Assembly (NCBI GenBank): GCA_943356745.1
Contig: CALRFT010000001.1
Location: 75,946 to 139,945 of the forward strand
From: Parcubacteria group bacterium
GTDB lineage: Bacteria; Patescibacteriota; Minisyncoccia; Phycocordibacterales; CSBR16-119
Direction of reading: 5' to 3'
Length of the DNA: 64,000 nt
The notes beneath the pieces were generated by a model. That model was not told the origin of the DNA. It saw nothing but the letters and a program-made list of their open reading frames with translations, and searched no databases. Positions 26,221 through 35,398 of this stretch are shown here, piece by piece; within the stretch, counting starts at the first letter, position 1; the number at the start of each line of letters is the position of its first letter. Both the position numbers and the translations under genes were made by a program.

Positions 26221-27489
26221 TTATTTCTTTCGAATTTCTGTTTTCCCCAAATATGGAATGAGGACTTCTGGAATCTTAATAGTTCCGTCTGCTTGTTGGA
26301 AATTTTCAACCAAAGACACAAGGATTCTCGGTGTTGGAATAGCTGTTGAATTGAGAGAGTGAACAAAACGTTTTGTTCCTTCCTTGTCTTTGTAAGAAAT
26401 ATTAAATCTTCGGGCTTGAAAATCATGGAAATAACTTGCTGAAGAAATTTCTCGATACTTCTGCTCCATCGGAACCCAAAGTTCGATATCATATTTCTTT
26501 ACTTGCCCAAGTCCAAGATCTCCTCCACAGTTCATTACTGTATGATACGGAATCCCAAGACTTTCGATAAACTCTTCAGTGTTTCGATTGAGTTCCTCAT
26601 GCCACTTTACAGATTCAGCGTGAGAAGCCTCACAGAGCACAACTTGTTCAAGTTTGTAAAATTCGTGGACACGAATCAAACCTTTCGTATCTTTTCCGTA
26701 TGAACCAGCTTCTCGTCTATAGCATGGTGAAAAAGAAAGATATTTTTTAGGAAGCTCTTCCACAGCAAGTGTCTCTCCACTGTGATATCCCATTGTTGGA
26801 ACCTCTGCCGTTCCAGCAAGATAATCTTTATCTTGTGTTTCGTACAAATCTTCTGCATCACCTGGCAAATGACCTGTTCCGTAAAAATGTTCTGGTCTTG
26901 CAATAATTGGAGTAATCATATGTTCAAACTCTCTCTTTCCAAAAAAGTCACGTGCGTAGTTCCAAATTGCCCATGAAAGTAGCGCTCCGTCGCCTTTCAA
27001 AAAGTATCCTCGAAATCCATGAACCTTTGTACCTCTTTCAAAATCTACCATTCCAAGGTTTGTCATAATTTCAATATGATCTTTTGGTTCGAAAGAAAAG
27101 TTTGGTTTTTCTCCCCACACTTTTACTTCAACATTATCAGCATCTGTATCTCCGTCTGGAACAGAAATATCTGGGACGTTTGGAACTTGAAGCATTATCT
27201 TTCTCCACTCCTCCATAATCTCTCGGAAATCATCTTCAAGTTTTTTCAAATCTTCCTTATGAAGACCCATAGAACGAATCAATTCTGCTTTTTCAGCATC
27301 ATTAGTCATTTCAGGAATTCTCTTGGAAACCATGTTTTGTTTTGTTCGAATTTCATCAATTTGTTGTTGAAGACTGATTCGTTGATTATCAAGATCAATA
27401 AGCCGAGCAAGGTCAACTTTGACATGCTTTTTTAGAGCGGCCATTTTTACAAGTTCTGTATTTTCTCGAATAAATTTTATATCTAACAT
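26221..27489 (-). CDS. serS: serine–tRNA ligase
   Basis: N-terminal coiled-coil arm, class II aaRS core motifs. Confidence 0.9.
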   Translation of the reverse strand: MLDIKFIRENTELVKMAALKKHVKVDLARLIDLDNQRISLQQQIDEIRTKQNMVSKRIPEMTNDAEKAELIRSMGLHKEDLKKLEDDFREIMEEWRKIMLQVPNVPDISVPDGDTDADNVEVKVWGEKPNFSFEPKDHIEIMTNLGMVDFERGTKVHGFRGYFLKGDGALLSWAIWNYARDFFGKREFEHMITPIIARPEHFYGTGHLPGDAEDLYETQDKDYLAGTAEVPTMGYHSGETLAVEELPKKYLSFSPCYRREAGSYGKDTKGLIRVHEFYKLEQVVLCEASHAESVKWHEELNRNTEEFIESLGIPYHTVMNCGGDLGLGQVKKYDIELWVPMEQKYREISSASYFHDFQARRFNISYKDKEGTKRFVHSLNSTAIPTPRILVSLVENFQQADGTIKIPEVLIPYLGKTEIRKK

Positions 27490-27541
27490 GGTTTTTTAGA
27501 TTACCTGAATAATAGGGCTATTATAGCGGAAATAGGCAAAT

Positions 27542-27572
27542 AAAAAAAGCCTCTCCTTGAGAGACTTTTTTA
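27542..27572 (-). terminator. intrinsic terminator
   Basis: GCCTCTC-CTTGA-GAGAGACT + T-run. Confidence 0.6.
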
Positions 27573-27579
27573 CTACAAA

Positions 27580-27927
27580 CTATTTTATTCCTGAGTAAAA
27601 AACATTATCTCGTTCTTTTCTCAAGCTATCATTCTTATGAATAATAGAATTAAGCTCTTGCGACATCTCTTCATAACGAACAGAAGTAGTATTAATCCAA
27701 TTAGAAGACAGTTCTTTCCGAATAGCATTGTTGATTGAATCTGATTTTATATGCAATTCTAATATTTCTTGACCTAACTGCTTTAACCGCATTTTTCTAG
27801 TTCTGTTATTACTTTCAAGCTCATACACAAGATAACTTCCGCCCATAATGACAACCAGACAAAATAATACGTAAATATAGTCTTTTTTCTCATTGTACTT
27901 GTTTTTTAATTTAAATTTATAATACAT
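27580..27927 (-). CDS. hypothetical small membrane/coiled-coil protein
   Basis: N-terminal TM helix followed by coiled-coil-like region. Confidence 0.45.
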   Translation of the reverse strand: MYYKFKLKNKYNEKKDYIYVLFCLVVIMGGSYLVYELESNNRTRKMRLKQLGQEILELHIKSDSINNAIRKELSSNWINTTSVRYEEMSQELNSIIHKNDSLRKERDNVFYSGIK

Positions 27928-27978
27928 TATATTTATTAAAAAGTCAATAGTATCAAAATCTGTGCTACAATTTTATAC

Positions 27979-28848
27979 ATGAATGCAAAGCTCTATAAAA
28001 TTTCTCCGGAAAAATTCCCTGCCAAACTCCAAGAAATTCCAGATCTTCCAAAACATCTCTATATTGAAGGAAATCTTCCCGATCCAAACACTCATATATA
28101 TCTTGCAGTGGTTGGTTCACGAAAACATACAGATTACGGGAAGCGAGCCTGCGAAGATTTGATTCGTGGACTCCAAGGACAACCAATTGTAATTGTTTCT
28201 GGGCTCGCACTTGGTATGGATACCATTGCACACAAAACAGCTCTTGAGGTTGGACTCGCCACAATCGCAGTTCCAGGATCTGGACTCGCACCAGACGCAA
28301 TATATCCAAAAAGTAACTGGAGACTTGCAAGAGATATTGTTGAATCTGGAGGAGCTCTGGTATCTGAATTTGAACCAGAATTTCAAGCGGCTCCATGGAG
28401 CTTTCCAAAACGAAATAGAATTGTCGCTGGATTATGCGACGCTGTACTTGTGGTTGAAGCTCATGAAAAATCAGGAGCACTGATTACAGCAAAGCTTGCT
28501 TTAGGATACAATCGCGACGTGTTAGCAGTACCCGGTTCTATTTACATTGATCAATGCAAAGGAACAAACAGTCTCATTGCTCGTGGAGCATATGCAATCA
28601 CAAGCGCGCAAGATATCATTTCTCATTTCAATCTTGAACAAAAAGAAAAAGATATCACCCAACCAAGCTTTGAAATGTTTAACGATCAAGAAATCGCAGT
28701 ACTCAGACTTCTGAAAGAACCTCAAACAAAAAACTACATTTACGAACACTCAGGACTTTCAATTTCTGATTCAAGTATCATCCTCAGCACCCTTGAATTG
28801 AAAGGGGTTATCAAAGAAGAATATGGCAAAATCTACAAGGTGATTTAA
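27979..28848 (+). CDS. dprA: DNA processing protein DprA/Smf
   Basis: Rossmann-like DprA core (IVSGLALGMDTIAH…GSGL…), C-terminal wHTH. Confidence 0.85.
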   Translation: MNAKLYKISPEKFPAKLQEIPDLPKHLYIEGNLPDPNTHIYLAVVGSRKHTDYGKRACEDLIRGLQGQPIVIVSGLALGMDTIAHKTALEVGLATIAVPGSGLAPDAIYPKSNWRLARDIVESGGALVSEFEPEFQAAPWSFPKRNRIVAGLCDAVLVVEAHEKSGALITAKLALGYNRDVLAVPGSIYIDQCKGTNSLIARGAYAITSAQDIISHFNLEQKEKDITQPSFEMFNDQEIAVLRLLKEPQTKNYIYEHSGLSISDSSIILSTLELKGVIKEEYGKIYKVI

Positions 28849-28921
28849 ACAGCCTATTTGCTTTTTTTTCTTATTCATAGTATTACTTTATTCGTTTTAT
28901 TCGTATCGATACATATAATAT

Positions 28922-31294
28922 ATGAGCAAACTTGTTATTGTGGAGTCTCCAGCGAAAGCAAAGACTATAGAAAAATATCTCGGGAAAGATTATACCGTTC
29001 GCGCGTCGATCGGGCATATTCGTGATCTTCCTAAAACAAATAAAGATGCGGTTGACATTGAACATGGTTTCAAGCCACGATACGAAATCCCAGCAACAAA
29101 AAAGAAGGTTGTTTCTGAACTCAAAAAAATTGCTCAAAAATCTGATGAAGTAATTCTTGCAACCGACCTCGACCGAGAAGGTGAAGCTATTGCTTGGCAC
29201 CTCTCGGAAGCACTCGGACTTACAAAACCAAAAAGAATCACTTTCAATGAAATTACTAAGGATGCAATCCAGGAAGCAATAAAGCATCCGAGAGAGATTG
29301 ATATGGAATTGAAAGAAGCGCAAGAAGCACGTCGAGTTCTCGACAGACTTTTTGGATATGAACTTTCTGGGCTCATTTGGAAAAAGGTTCGATATGGACT
29401 TTCCGCAGGACGAGTGCAATCTCCCGCTCTTCGAATTCTCATGGAACGAGAAAGAGAGATTCGTGCTTTTACCCCAGAGCAATATTTTGTACTATCAGGG
29501 CTTTTCAAAAAAGAAAAAGATTCTTTCAATCTTGTATGCGACAAAGAAATTTGGAACAAAGAAGAAGCGGAGCATATTGAAACAATTGCAAAACAAGAAT
29601 CTTGGAAAATTGTTTCAGTGAAAGAATCTGAAGGAAAACGAAATGCAAGGCCTCCATTCACTACATCAACCCTACAACAAAGCGCGTCAACACGACTTGG
29701 CTTTTCACCAAGTAGAACAATGGGAATCGCACAAAAACTGTATGAAAAAGGATTCATTACCTACATGCGTACAGACTCACGAAATCTTTCAAAAGACGCA
29801 CAAGCAAAAATGCTTTCATATGTAGAAAAGAATTTTGGAAAGCAATATGCAAAGGCTCAAGTCTATGGAAAGGTTTCAAAAAATGCACAAGAAGCCCACG
29901 AGGCGATCAGACCAACTGATCCAATGAAAGATCATGCAGGAACAACGGAAGAAGAAAAAAGACTCTATAGACTCATTTGGGAACGAGCGATTGCATCTCA
30001 AATGGCAGAAGCAAAGGTCATGAAGACAAAAGTTTCTGCAAATGTTTCTCGAGGAGATATTCCAAACTTTTCAATGAACGGATCACGACTTCTCTTTCCT
30101 GGATGGCTTGCTGTAGACAAAGGTGCTCGAGGTGAAGATGTTGAGCTTCCTCTTCTGAAAGAAGGAGATCCAATTGAAACAATTTCAATCTCAAATGAAG
30201 CAAAAGAAACCACCCCGCCAAACAGATATACAGAAGCTGGTTTGATTAAAGAACTTGAAAAGCGAGAAATCGGAAGACCTTCAACATATGCATCAACAAT
30301 CAAAACACTTGTTGATCGGGCATATGTTACAAAGGAAGGAAAAACTTTGATTCCAACAGACACAGGAGATCTTGTTTCAACCTTTGTTGAAGACAACTTC
30401 AAAGACTATATTTCTGATACTTTTACTGCAACCATGGAACAAGCACTCGACGATATTGCTTTTGGAAAAAATACCTACATCAAAACTCTTTCAAATTTTT
30501 ACACTGTATTTAAAAATGCAGTTGATGCAAAAGAAGATATTCCAAAACTTACAAACCTTGGAGAAGCACCAAAAGAATTTACCTGTCCAAAGTGTGGAAG
30601 TCACATGGTATACAAACTTGGAAGAACTGGAAAATTTATGTCTTGCGCGCGATATCCAGACTGTGATGGCGCACGAACATTTGATGGAAATGTAATTGAT
30701 GAAGAAACCCCAAAATGGATAGACGACAAAACAGGAGAACCAATCTTTGTCCTAGATGGACCATATGGACCATATGTTCAAATGGGAAAAAATCCACCGA
30801 AGATTGAAAAAGGAATGACCAAAGAACAAAAAGCTGAAATTAAAGCATTCCCAAAACCAAGACGAGCAAGTCTTTTAGCAGGAATGACAATTTCTTCACT
30901 CACAAAAGAAGAAGCTTTGAAGCTCCTTACTCTTCCCCGAGTTCTTGGACAAGATCCAAAAACAGGAGAAGATGTCATCGCAAACATTGGAAGATTTGGA
31001 CCATATGTTGGAGTGGGACGAGAATTCCGATCTATTAAAAAATCTTCTGGACTTGATCCGTATACGATTAGTCTTGATGAAGCTCTAAAACTTTTGAGTG
31101 AAGCGAAAGCACTTCCAAAAGGAACTGAACTTGCAAAAAATCTTGGAAAACATCCAAAAACAGGAAAAGAGATTCAGGTTTTAAAAAGTAAATCAGGATA
31201 CTTTTTGAAAAAGGGACTCAAACGAATTTTCCTTCCTGATAATACAAACATGGAAACATTTTCGATTGAAGATGCGGTTGAATTACTGAAATAA
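28922..31294 (+). CDS. topA: DNA topoisomerase I
   Basis: TOPRIM (SKLVIVESPAKAKTI…), catalytic Tyr region, C-terminal Zn-ribbon CPKCG…C..C and Topo_C repeats. Confidence 0.9.
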   Translation: MSKLVIVESPAKAKTIEKYLGKDYTVRASIGHIRDLPKTNKDAVDIEHGFKPRYEIPATKKKVVSELKKIAQKSDEVILATDLDREGEAIAWHLSEALGLTKPKRITFNEITKDAIQEAIKHPREIDMELKEAQEARRVLDRLFGYELSGLIWKKVRYGLSAGRVQSPALRILMEREREIRAFTPEQYFVLSGLFKKEKDSFNLVCDKEIWNKEEAEHIETIAKQESWKIVSVKESEGKRNARPPFTTSTLQQSASTRLGFSPSRTMGIAQKLYEKGFITYMRTDSRNLSKDAQAKMLSYVEKNFGKQYAKAQVYGKVSKNAQEAHEAIRPTDPMKDHAGTTEEEKRLYRLIWERAIASQMAEAKVMKTKVSANVSRGDIPNFSMNGSRLLFPGWLAVDKGARGEDVELPLLKEGDPIETISISNEAKETTPPNRYTEAGLIKELEKREIGRPSTYASTIKTLVDRAYVTKEGKTLIPTDTGDLVSTFVEDNFKDYISDTFTATMEQALDDIAFGKNTYIKTLSNFYTVFKNAVDAKEDIPKLTNLGEAPKEFTCPKCGSHMVYKLGRTGKFMSCARYPDCDGARTFDGNVIDEETPKWIDDKTGEPIFVLDGPYGPYVQMGKNPPKIEKGMTKEQKAEIKAFPKPRRASLLAGMTISSLTKEEALKLLTLPRVLGQDPKTGEDVIANIGRFGPYVGVGREFRSIKKSSGLDPYTISLDEALKLLSEAKALPKGTELAKNLGKHPKTGKEIQVLKSKSGYFLKKGLKRIFLPDNTNMETFSIEDAVELLK

Positions 31295-31306
31295 ATATCA
31301 AGCAAC

Positions 31307-31340
31307 AAAAAAGCGATTCCTTACGGAATCGTTTTTTTTT
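31307..31340. terminator. bidirectional intrinsic terminator
   Basis: GCGATTCC-TTAC-GGAATCG + T10. Confidence 0.7.
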
Positions 31341-31710
31341 TAAAAACTTCTTTCATAACATCAAAAACATCAGAATCATAGCCAGTATTTTTAAAAAGAC
31401 TCCAGGCTTTTTTTATATTGCAATCAGGACGTCTTATGATCCCAGCAACAATTTCCCAATTCCAATCTTGCTGTCTTGCAAATGTAATCGCATCAACAAG
31501 AGATACTGGAAAGTGCTGGACAATATAGGCTCCAACTCTTGCGTTATAACTTGCAAATTCCCAAAGTTCCCAAGCTTTTTCAAGAGTGCACTTCGGGTGT
31601 TTTACAACCTTCATAACAAGATCAACATCCCAGTCATTTTTCTTGGCATCTTGTAATAGTTTCTTGAAATAAACTTTTGTTATGCCTTTATTCTTATTAG
31701 AATTACTCAT
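31321..31710 (-). CDS. hypothetical protein with two internal ~45-aa repeats (KxPxC…KAWxL(W/F))
   Basis: Internal repeat seen in translation. Confidence 0.45.
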   Translation of the reverse strand: MSNSNKNKGITKVYFKKLLQDAKKNDWDVDLVMKVVKHPKCTLEKAWELWEFASYNARVGAYIVQHFPVSLVDAITFARQQDWNWEIVAGIIRRPDCNIKKAWSLFKNTGYDSDVFDVMKEVFKKKTIP

Positions 31711-31806
31711 TTTGTATTTAATTTATATTTTATAGTACAAGTTAACATAAAACATACATTTATCAAAATCTATTTACAAACCTTAAAATCACGATATACT
31801 AAAATC

Positions 31807-33285
31807 ATGAAAGGAACAAAAGAACCAAAGGTTACTGATATTTTTTCTCTTATGAGAACAAGTCCTTCTCCAGAAGAACAAGCTCTTATTTCTCGTGCTT
31901 TTGATTTTGCTCAAAAAGCCCACGAAGGACAAATGAGAAAATCAGGTGTTCCCTATTTCTACCACGTGGTTGAAGTTGCAAAGAATCTTGCCCTATTCGG
32001 ACTTGACGCAACAACAATCGCTGCGGGACTTCTTCACGATACAGTCGAAGACACATCTGTTACAAAAGAAGATCTTGAGCAAGAATTTGGAAAAGAAATT
32101 GAACATCTTGTTGCAGGAGTTACAAAAATTGGACAAGTGAAATACAAAGGAGAAGAAAGATACCTTGAAAACTGGAGGAAGTTTATCATCACTATGGCAG
32201 ATGATGTGCGAGTCATTATGATTAAACTTGCTGACCGACTTCACAATGCAAGTACACTTGCCTATCTTCGTCCCGATAAAGCAAAACGAATCGCTCTTGA
32301 GACGATTGAGATTCATGCAAATATAGCAGACCGACTCGGAATGTGGAAACTCAAGAAAGATTTAGAAGATGAATCGTTTCCCTATGCTTTTCCAAAGGAT
32401 TATGAAAAGATGAAAAAGCTCTTGAAACAGCATGCGAAAAATGCAGAGAAGGATTTAGATCAAGTATACAAAAGTTTGCGAACAGAACTTGCGAAAAATA
32501 ATATTGAGGTTTTGGAAACAAGTTATCGAGTCAAGGGAATGTATAGTCTCTATAAAAAACTTCTCAAAAAAGATATGAATATTGAGAAAGTGTATGACAT
32601 CGTAGCACTTCGAGTAATTGTCCCGACAGTTGAAGCATGTTATCAAACGCTCGGAATCATTCATAGTCACTGGCGGCCATTTCCTGGAAGAATCAAAGAC
32701 TATATTGCTCTTCCAAAACCAAATGGGTACCAAAGTATTCACACGACAATATTTACCGGAAATGGTTCGATTGCAGAAATCCAAATCAGAAACCAAGAAA
32801 TGCACGACCATGCAGAATACGGAATTGCTGCCCACTTTGCATACAAGGGAATGACACCGAAAGAAAAAGAAGAGCATTTAAAATGGCTTGAAGATATGCA
32901 ACATTCTGATATTAAAGAAAAGTCATCTCCGAAAGATTTTTTTACAGCACTCAAGGGTGATTTCTTCCAAAAAAGAATTTTCGTCTTTACTCCACAAGGT
33001 GATGTGATCAATCTTCCTGAAGACGCCTCAGCGATTGATTTTGCTTTTGCGATTCACTCTGATATTGGAAGACAACTTCAAGGTGTTGAGATAAATGGAA
33101 AACATAACTCTATTTATACCAAACTCAAAAATGGAGATATTGTAAAAGCACTTACACATAAAACAAGTAACCCAAGTTCAAAATGGCTTGATTATACAAA
33201 GACTTCCCATGCACGAAAACAGATTAGTAAGTATGTTGAAGAAAATAGTCTTGTAACTAAATTTATGAATCGTTTTAGAAATTAA
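31807..33285 (+). CDS. rel: RelA/SpoT-family (p)ppGpp synthetase/hydrolase, short form (HD + synthetase + TGS; no C-terminal regulatory domains)
   Basis: HD motif (HD…), RelA_SpoT synthetase region, TGS domain at C-terminus; 492 aa. Confidence 0.85.
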   Translation: MKGTKEPKVTDIFSLMRTSPSPEEQALISRAFDFAQKAHEGQMRKSGVPYFYHVVEVAKNLALFGLDATTIAAGLLHDTVEDTSVTKEDLEQEFGKEIEHLVAGVTKIGQVKYKGEERYLENWRKFIITMADDVRVIMIKLADRLHNASTLAYLRPDKAKRIALETIEIHANIADRLGMWKLKKDLEDESFPYAFPKDYEKMKKLLKQHAKNAEKDLDQVYKSLRTELAKNNIEVLETSYRVKGMYSLYKKLLKKDMNIEKVYDIVALRVIVPTVEACYQTLGIIHSHWRPFPGRIKDYIALPKPNGYQSIHTTIFTGNGSIAEIQIRNQEMHDHAEYGIAAHFAYKGMTPKEKEEHLKWLEDMQHSDIKEKSSPKDFFTALKGDFFQKRIFVFTPQGDVINLPEDASAIDFAFAIHSDIGRQLQGVEINGKHNSIYTKLKNGDIVKALTHKTSNPSSKWLDYTKTSHARKQISKYVEENSLVTKFMNRFRN

Positions 33286-33313
33286 AAAATCCCCTTACGG
33301 GGATTTTTTAATT
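33286..33313. terminator. bidirectional intrinsic terminator
   Basis: AATCCCC-TTAC-GGGGATT flanked by A/T runs. Confidence 0.75.
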
Positions 33314-34412
33314 ATAAAGAAAAGTTTTTGATATTATACAAATCATCATCAATAGTCTCATCAATATCTTTTTTTTCAAACATATCTTCATCTTCTCGTG
33401 ATGAGTCGTCAAGAAAGTCAGGATTGTTTTCAAGTTCTTCGACAGCCTCGTTATAATCTGTTTCTTCTACTGTCTGAACAGGTGAATTCTCTCGCGCAAT
33501 TTCCTGTGAAGATATTTGGTTTGACTCTTCAAATTTTTGAAGAAGAGCATGGGGATTATTCATTCTTTCTTGCTCCCCTTTCAGAATTTTCATAATCGTT
33601 TCAAGGTCATCATTTGAAAAGAAGTCAATCGCAATACTTCCTCCTTTTTCTTTTCGTGTGATTCGCACTCTTGTTCCAAGTGCATCTTGAAGATCATGTT
33701 CAATTCTTTCTGTGATTGGATCTTGGAGTAATTCTTTTTTACGAGCTTTGTCTTTAGCAATATTTCGAGCTAAATGCTCTGCTTCACGTACTGTAATTTT
33801 TTTATAGAGAATTTCTTTATACAAAACCATTTGCTCTTCAGGTCTGTCATTGAGCATGAGAAGTGGTCTTGTGTGCCCTTCTGAAATCCGCTTAGTTTCT
33901 ACCGCTTCAAGAATCTCTTGTGGCATTTGAAGAATACGAAGAGAGTTTGAAACATACACTCGACTCTTTCCAACTTTTTTTCCAATTGCTTCATGAGAGA
34001 AACTAAATTCCTCAGCAAGACGGAGAAATGCACGTGCTCTGTCAACTGGATTCAAATCTTCACGTTGCAAGTTTTCAATAATCGCAAGCTCGAGCTTTAT
34101 CATAGGGTCTTGCTCTTTTCGAATCACAGCCGGAACCTGCGTGAGACCAGCAAGTTTTGATGCTCTGAGGCGTCTTTCTCCTGCAATGAGTTCATATTTT
34201 ACTCGAAGCCCTCCAGTTTCATCCTCTTCCTCAATTCGAGAAACAACAAGGGGTTGCAAAACTCCATATTGGCGAATTGATTCAGAAAGCTCTCTTAGTC
34301 TTGCTTCATCAAATTCACGTCTTGGTTGATATGGATTTGGGACAATTTTTTCAACTTCTATAAAGTATATTGAGTCAGTAAACAGCTCATTTTTCATTGC
34401 TTCAGTGTTCAT
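33312..34412 (-). CDS. parB: ParB/Spo0J-family partition protein with acidic C-terminal extension
   Basis: ParB box GERRLRASKLAGL, HTH region. Confidence 0.8.
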   Translation of the reverse strand: MNTEAMKNELFTDSIYFIEVEKIVPNPYQPRREFDEARLRELSESIRQYGVLQPLVVSRIEEEDETGGLRVKYELIAGERRLRASKLAGLTQVPAVIRKEQDPMIKLELAIIENLQREDLNPVDRARAFLRLAEEFSFSHEAIGKKVGKSRVYVSNSLRILQMPQEILEAVETKRISEGHTRPLLMLNDRPEEQMVLYKEILYKKITVREAEHLARNIAKDKARKKELLQDPITERIEHDLQDALGTRVRITRKEKGGSIAIDFFSNDDLETIMKILKGEQERMNNPHALLQKFEESNQISSQEIARENSPVQTVEETDYNEAVEELENNPDFLDDSSREDEDMFEKKDIDETIDDDLYNIKNFSL

Positions 34413-34518
34413 ATATTGGATTATAACACAAAGAAAAAATGAAACTCTATGTGAAAAACCTGAAAAAACTTGCGTTTTTTCTTATTTATCGTAGACTAGA
34501 GTACGTATCAAAATATAT

Positions 34519-34600
34519 GCCGGAATGGCGGAATTGGTAGACGCGCACGACTCAAAATCGTGTTCCGAAAGGAGTGGAGGTTCGATTCCTCTTTCCGGCA
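34519..34600 (+). tRNA. tRNA-Leu (anticodon CAA)
   Basis: GCCGGAA/TTCCGGC acceptor, anticodon loop CUCAAAA, long variable arm, T-arm GGAGG-TTCGATT-CCTCT. Confidence 0.85.
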
Positions 34601-34608
34601 CAATTAAA

Positions 34609-34641
34609 TAAAACACCCAGATTTTCTCTGGGTGTTTTATT
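34609..34641 (+). terminator. intrinsic terminator after tRNA-Leu
   Basis: ACACCCAGA-TTTTCT-CTGGGTGT + T-run. Confidence 0.75.
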
Positions 34642-34687
34642 TGACTTGGTTTTATTTTTATACTATTCTTCAAAAAAATGAATAATT

Positions 34688-35182
34688 ATGAGAATACAAC
34701 CAAATCCGATTCAGCAAGAACATATTAATCTTGCTGATTCATTACATGATCTTGTACCAATAGCTGAAGAGATTCTTGGTTTGCAAGAAGATAAATCCTT
34801 AGTTATTGTATGTGGTTCTATAAGTACCGGAGGTAGAAGTGTTGAAGAAAACTTAGTAGTATTTGAAAAAAGCATAGCTGCTATGTCACACTATGGATAC
34901 TTAGTTTTTGATCAAATGCCCTGGGAAAAGAAAATTGAATTTTTTCACTATTTGTTTTATAAAACAAATGATCCAAATGTGTATCACTGGGACATACTAG
35001 AAGTTTTCTACAAACCAATTTTCTCTTCAAAAAAAATCAAAACTGCATTTTTTCTTCCTGGTTGGAAACGGTCAACAGGAGCTTCATGGGAACATGAAAA
35101 ATGTAAAGAACTTGGTATTGAAATTATATACCTTCCAAAAAAATGGGTTTTGGATTTTGACCCAGAAAAATTATTTAAATAA
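34688..35182 (+). CDS. hypothetical protein
   Basis: 164 aa; no confidently recognised domain. Confidence 0.45.
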   Translation: MRIQPNPIQQEHINLADSLHDLVPIAEEILGLQEDKSLVIVCGSISTGGRSVEENLVVFEKSIAAMSHYGYLVFDQMPWEKKIEFFHYLFYKTNDPNVYHWDILEVFYKPIFSSKKIKTAFFLPGWKRSTGASWEHEKCKELGIEIIYLPKKWVLDFDPEKLFK

Positions 35183-35398
35183 ACAAAAAAAACGCTGAAA
35201 TTATTCAGCGTTTTTTCATTAGTTGTGTTAAGGTTTTGTAGTTCCAAAATCAAGCGGTCAAAGTCCCTTACACTTTGAGGTAACCATCTCCGTGTAGTTG
35301 CGGAAGCACATTTTGTGATTATGGTACAAAAGGACACAAAAATCTAATTACTCATGATTATATTCTAAAAAATAAAACCCCTCAAGGGGTTTTATTTT

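Noticed and set aside
28883-30402. Antisense ORFs inside topA (28883..29482, 29134..29757, 29998..30402) and similar antisense ORFs inside clpB, gyrA, the giant adhesin (10578..10979, 11850..12125, 13665..13898) and dprA (27965..28480)
   Set aside because: They lie fully within strongly supported genes on the opposite strand, have low-complexity or biased composition and no domain signal. They are typical shadow ORFs.
35220-35370. SRP (4.5S) RNA in the terminator-bracketed spacer
   Set aside because: A GGAA tetraloop is present, but the conserved domain IV motifs (AGGUCAGG…GGAAGGAAGCAGC) are absent on either strand.
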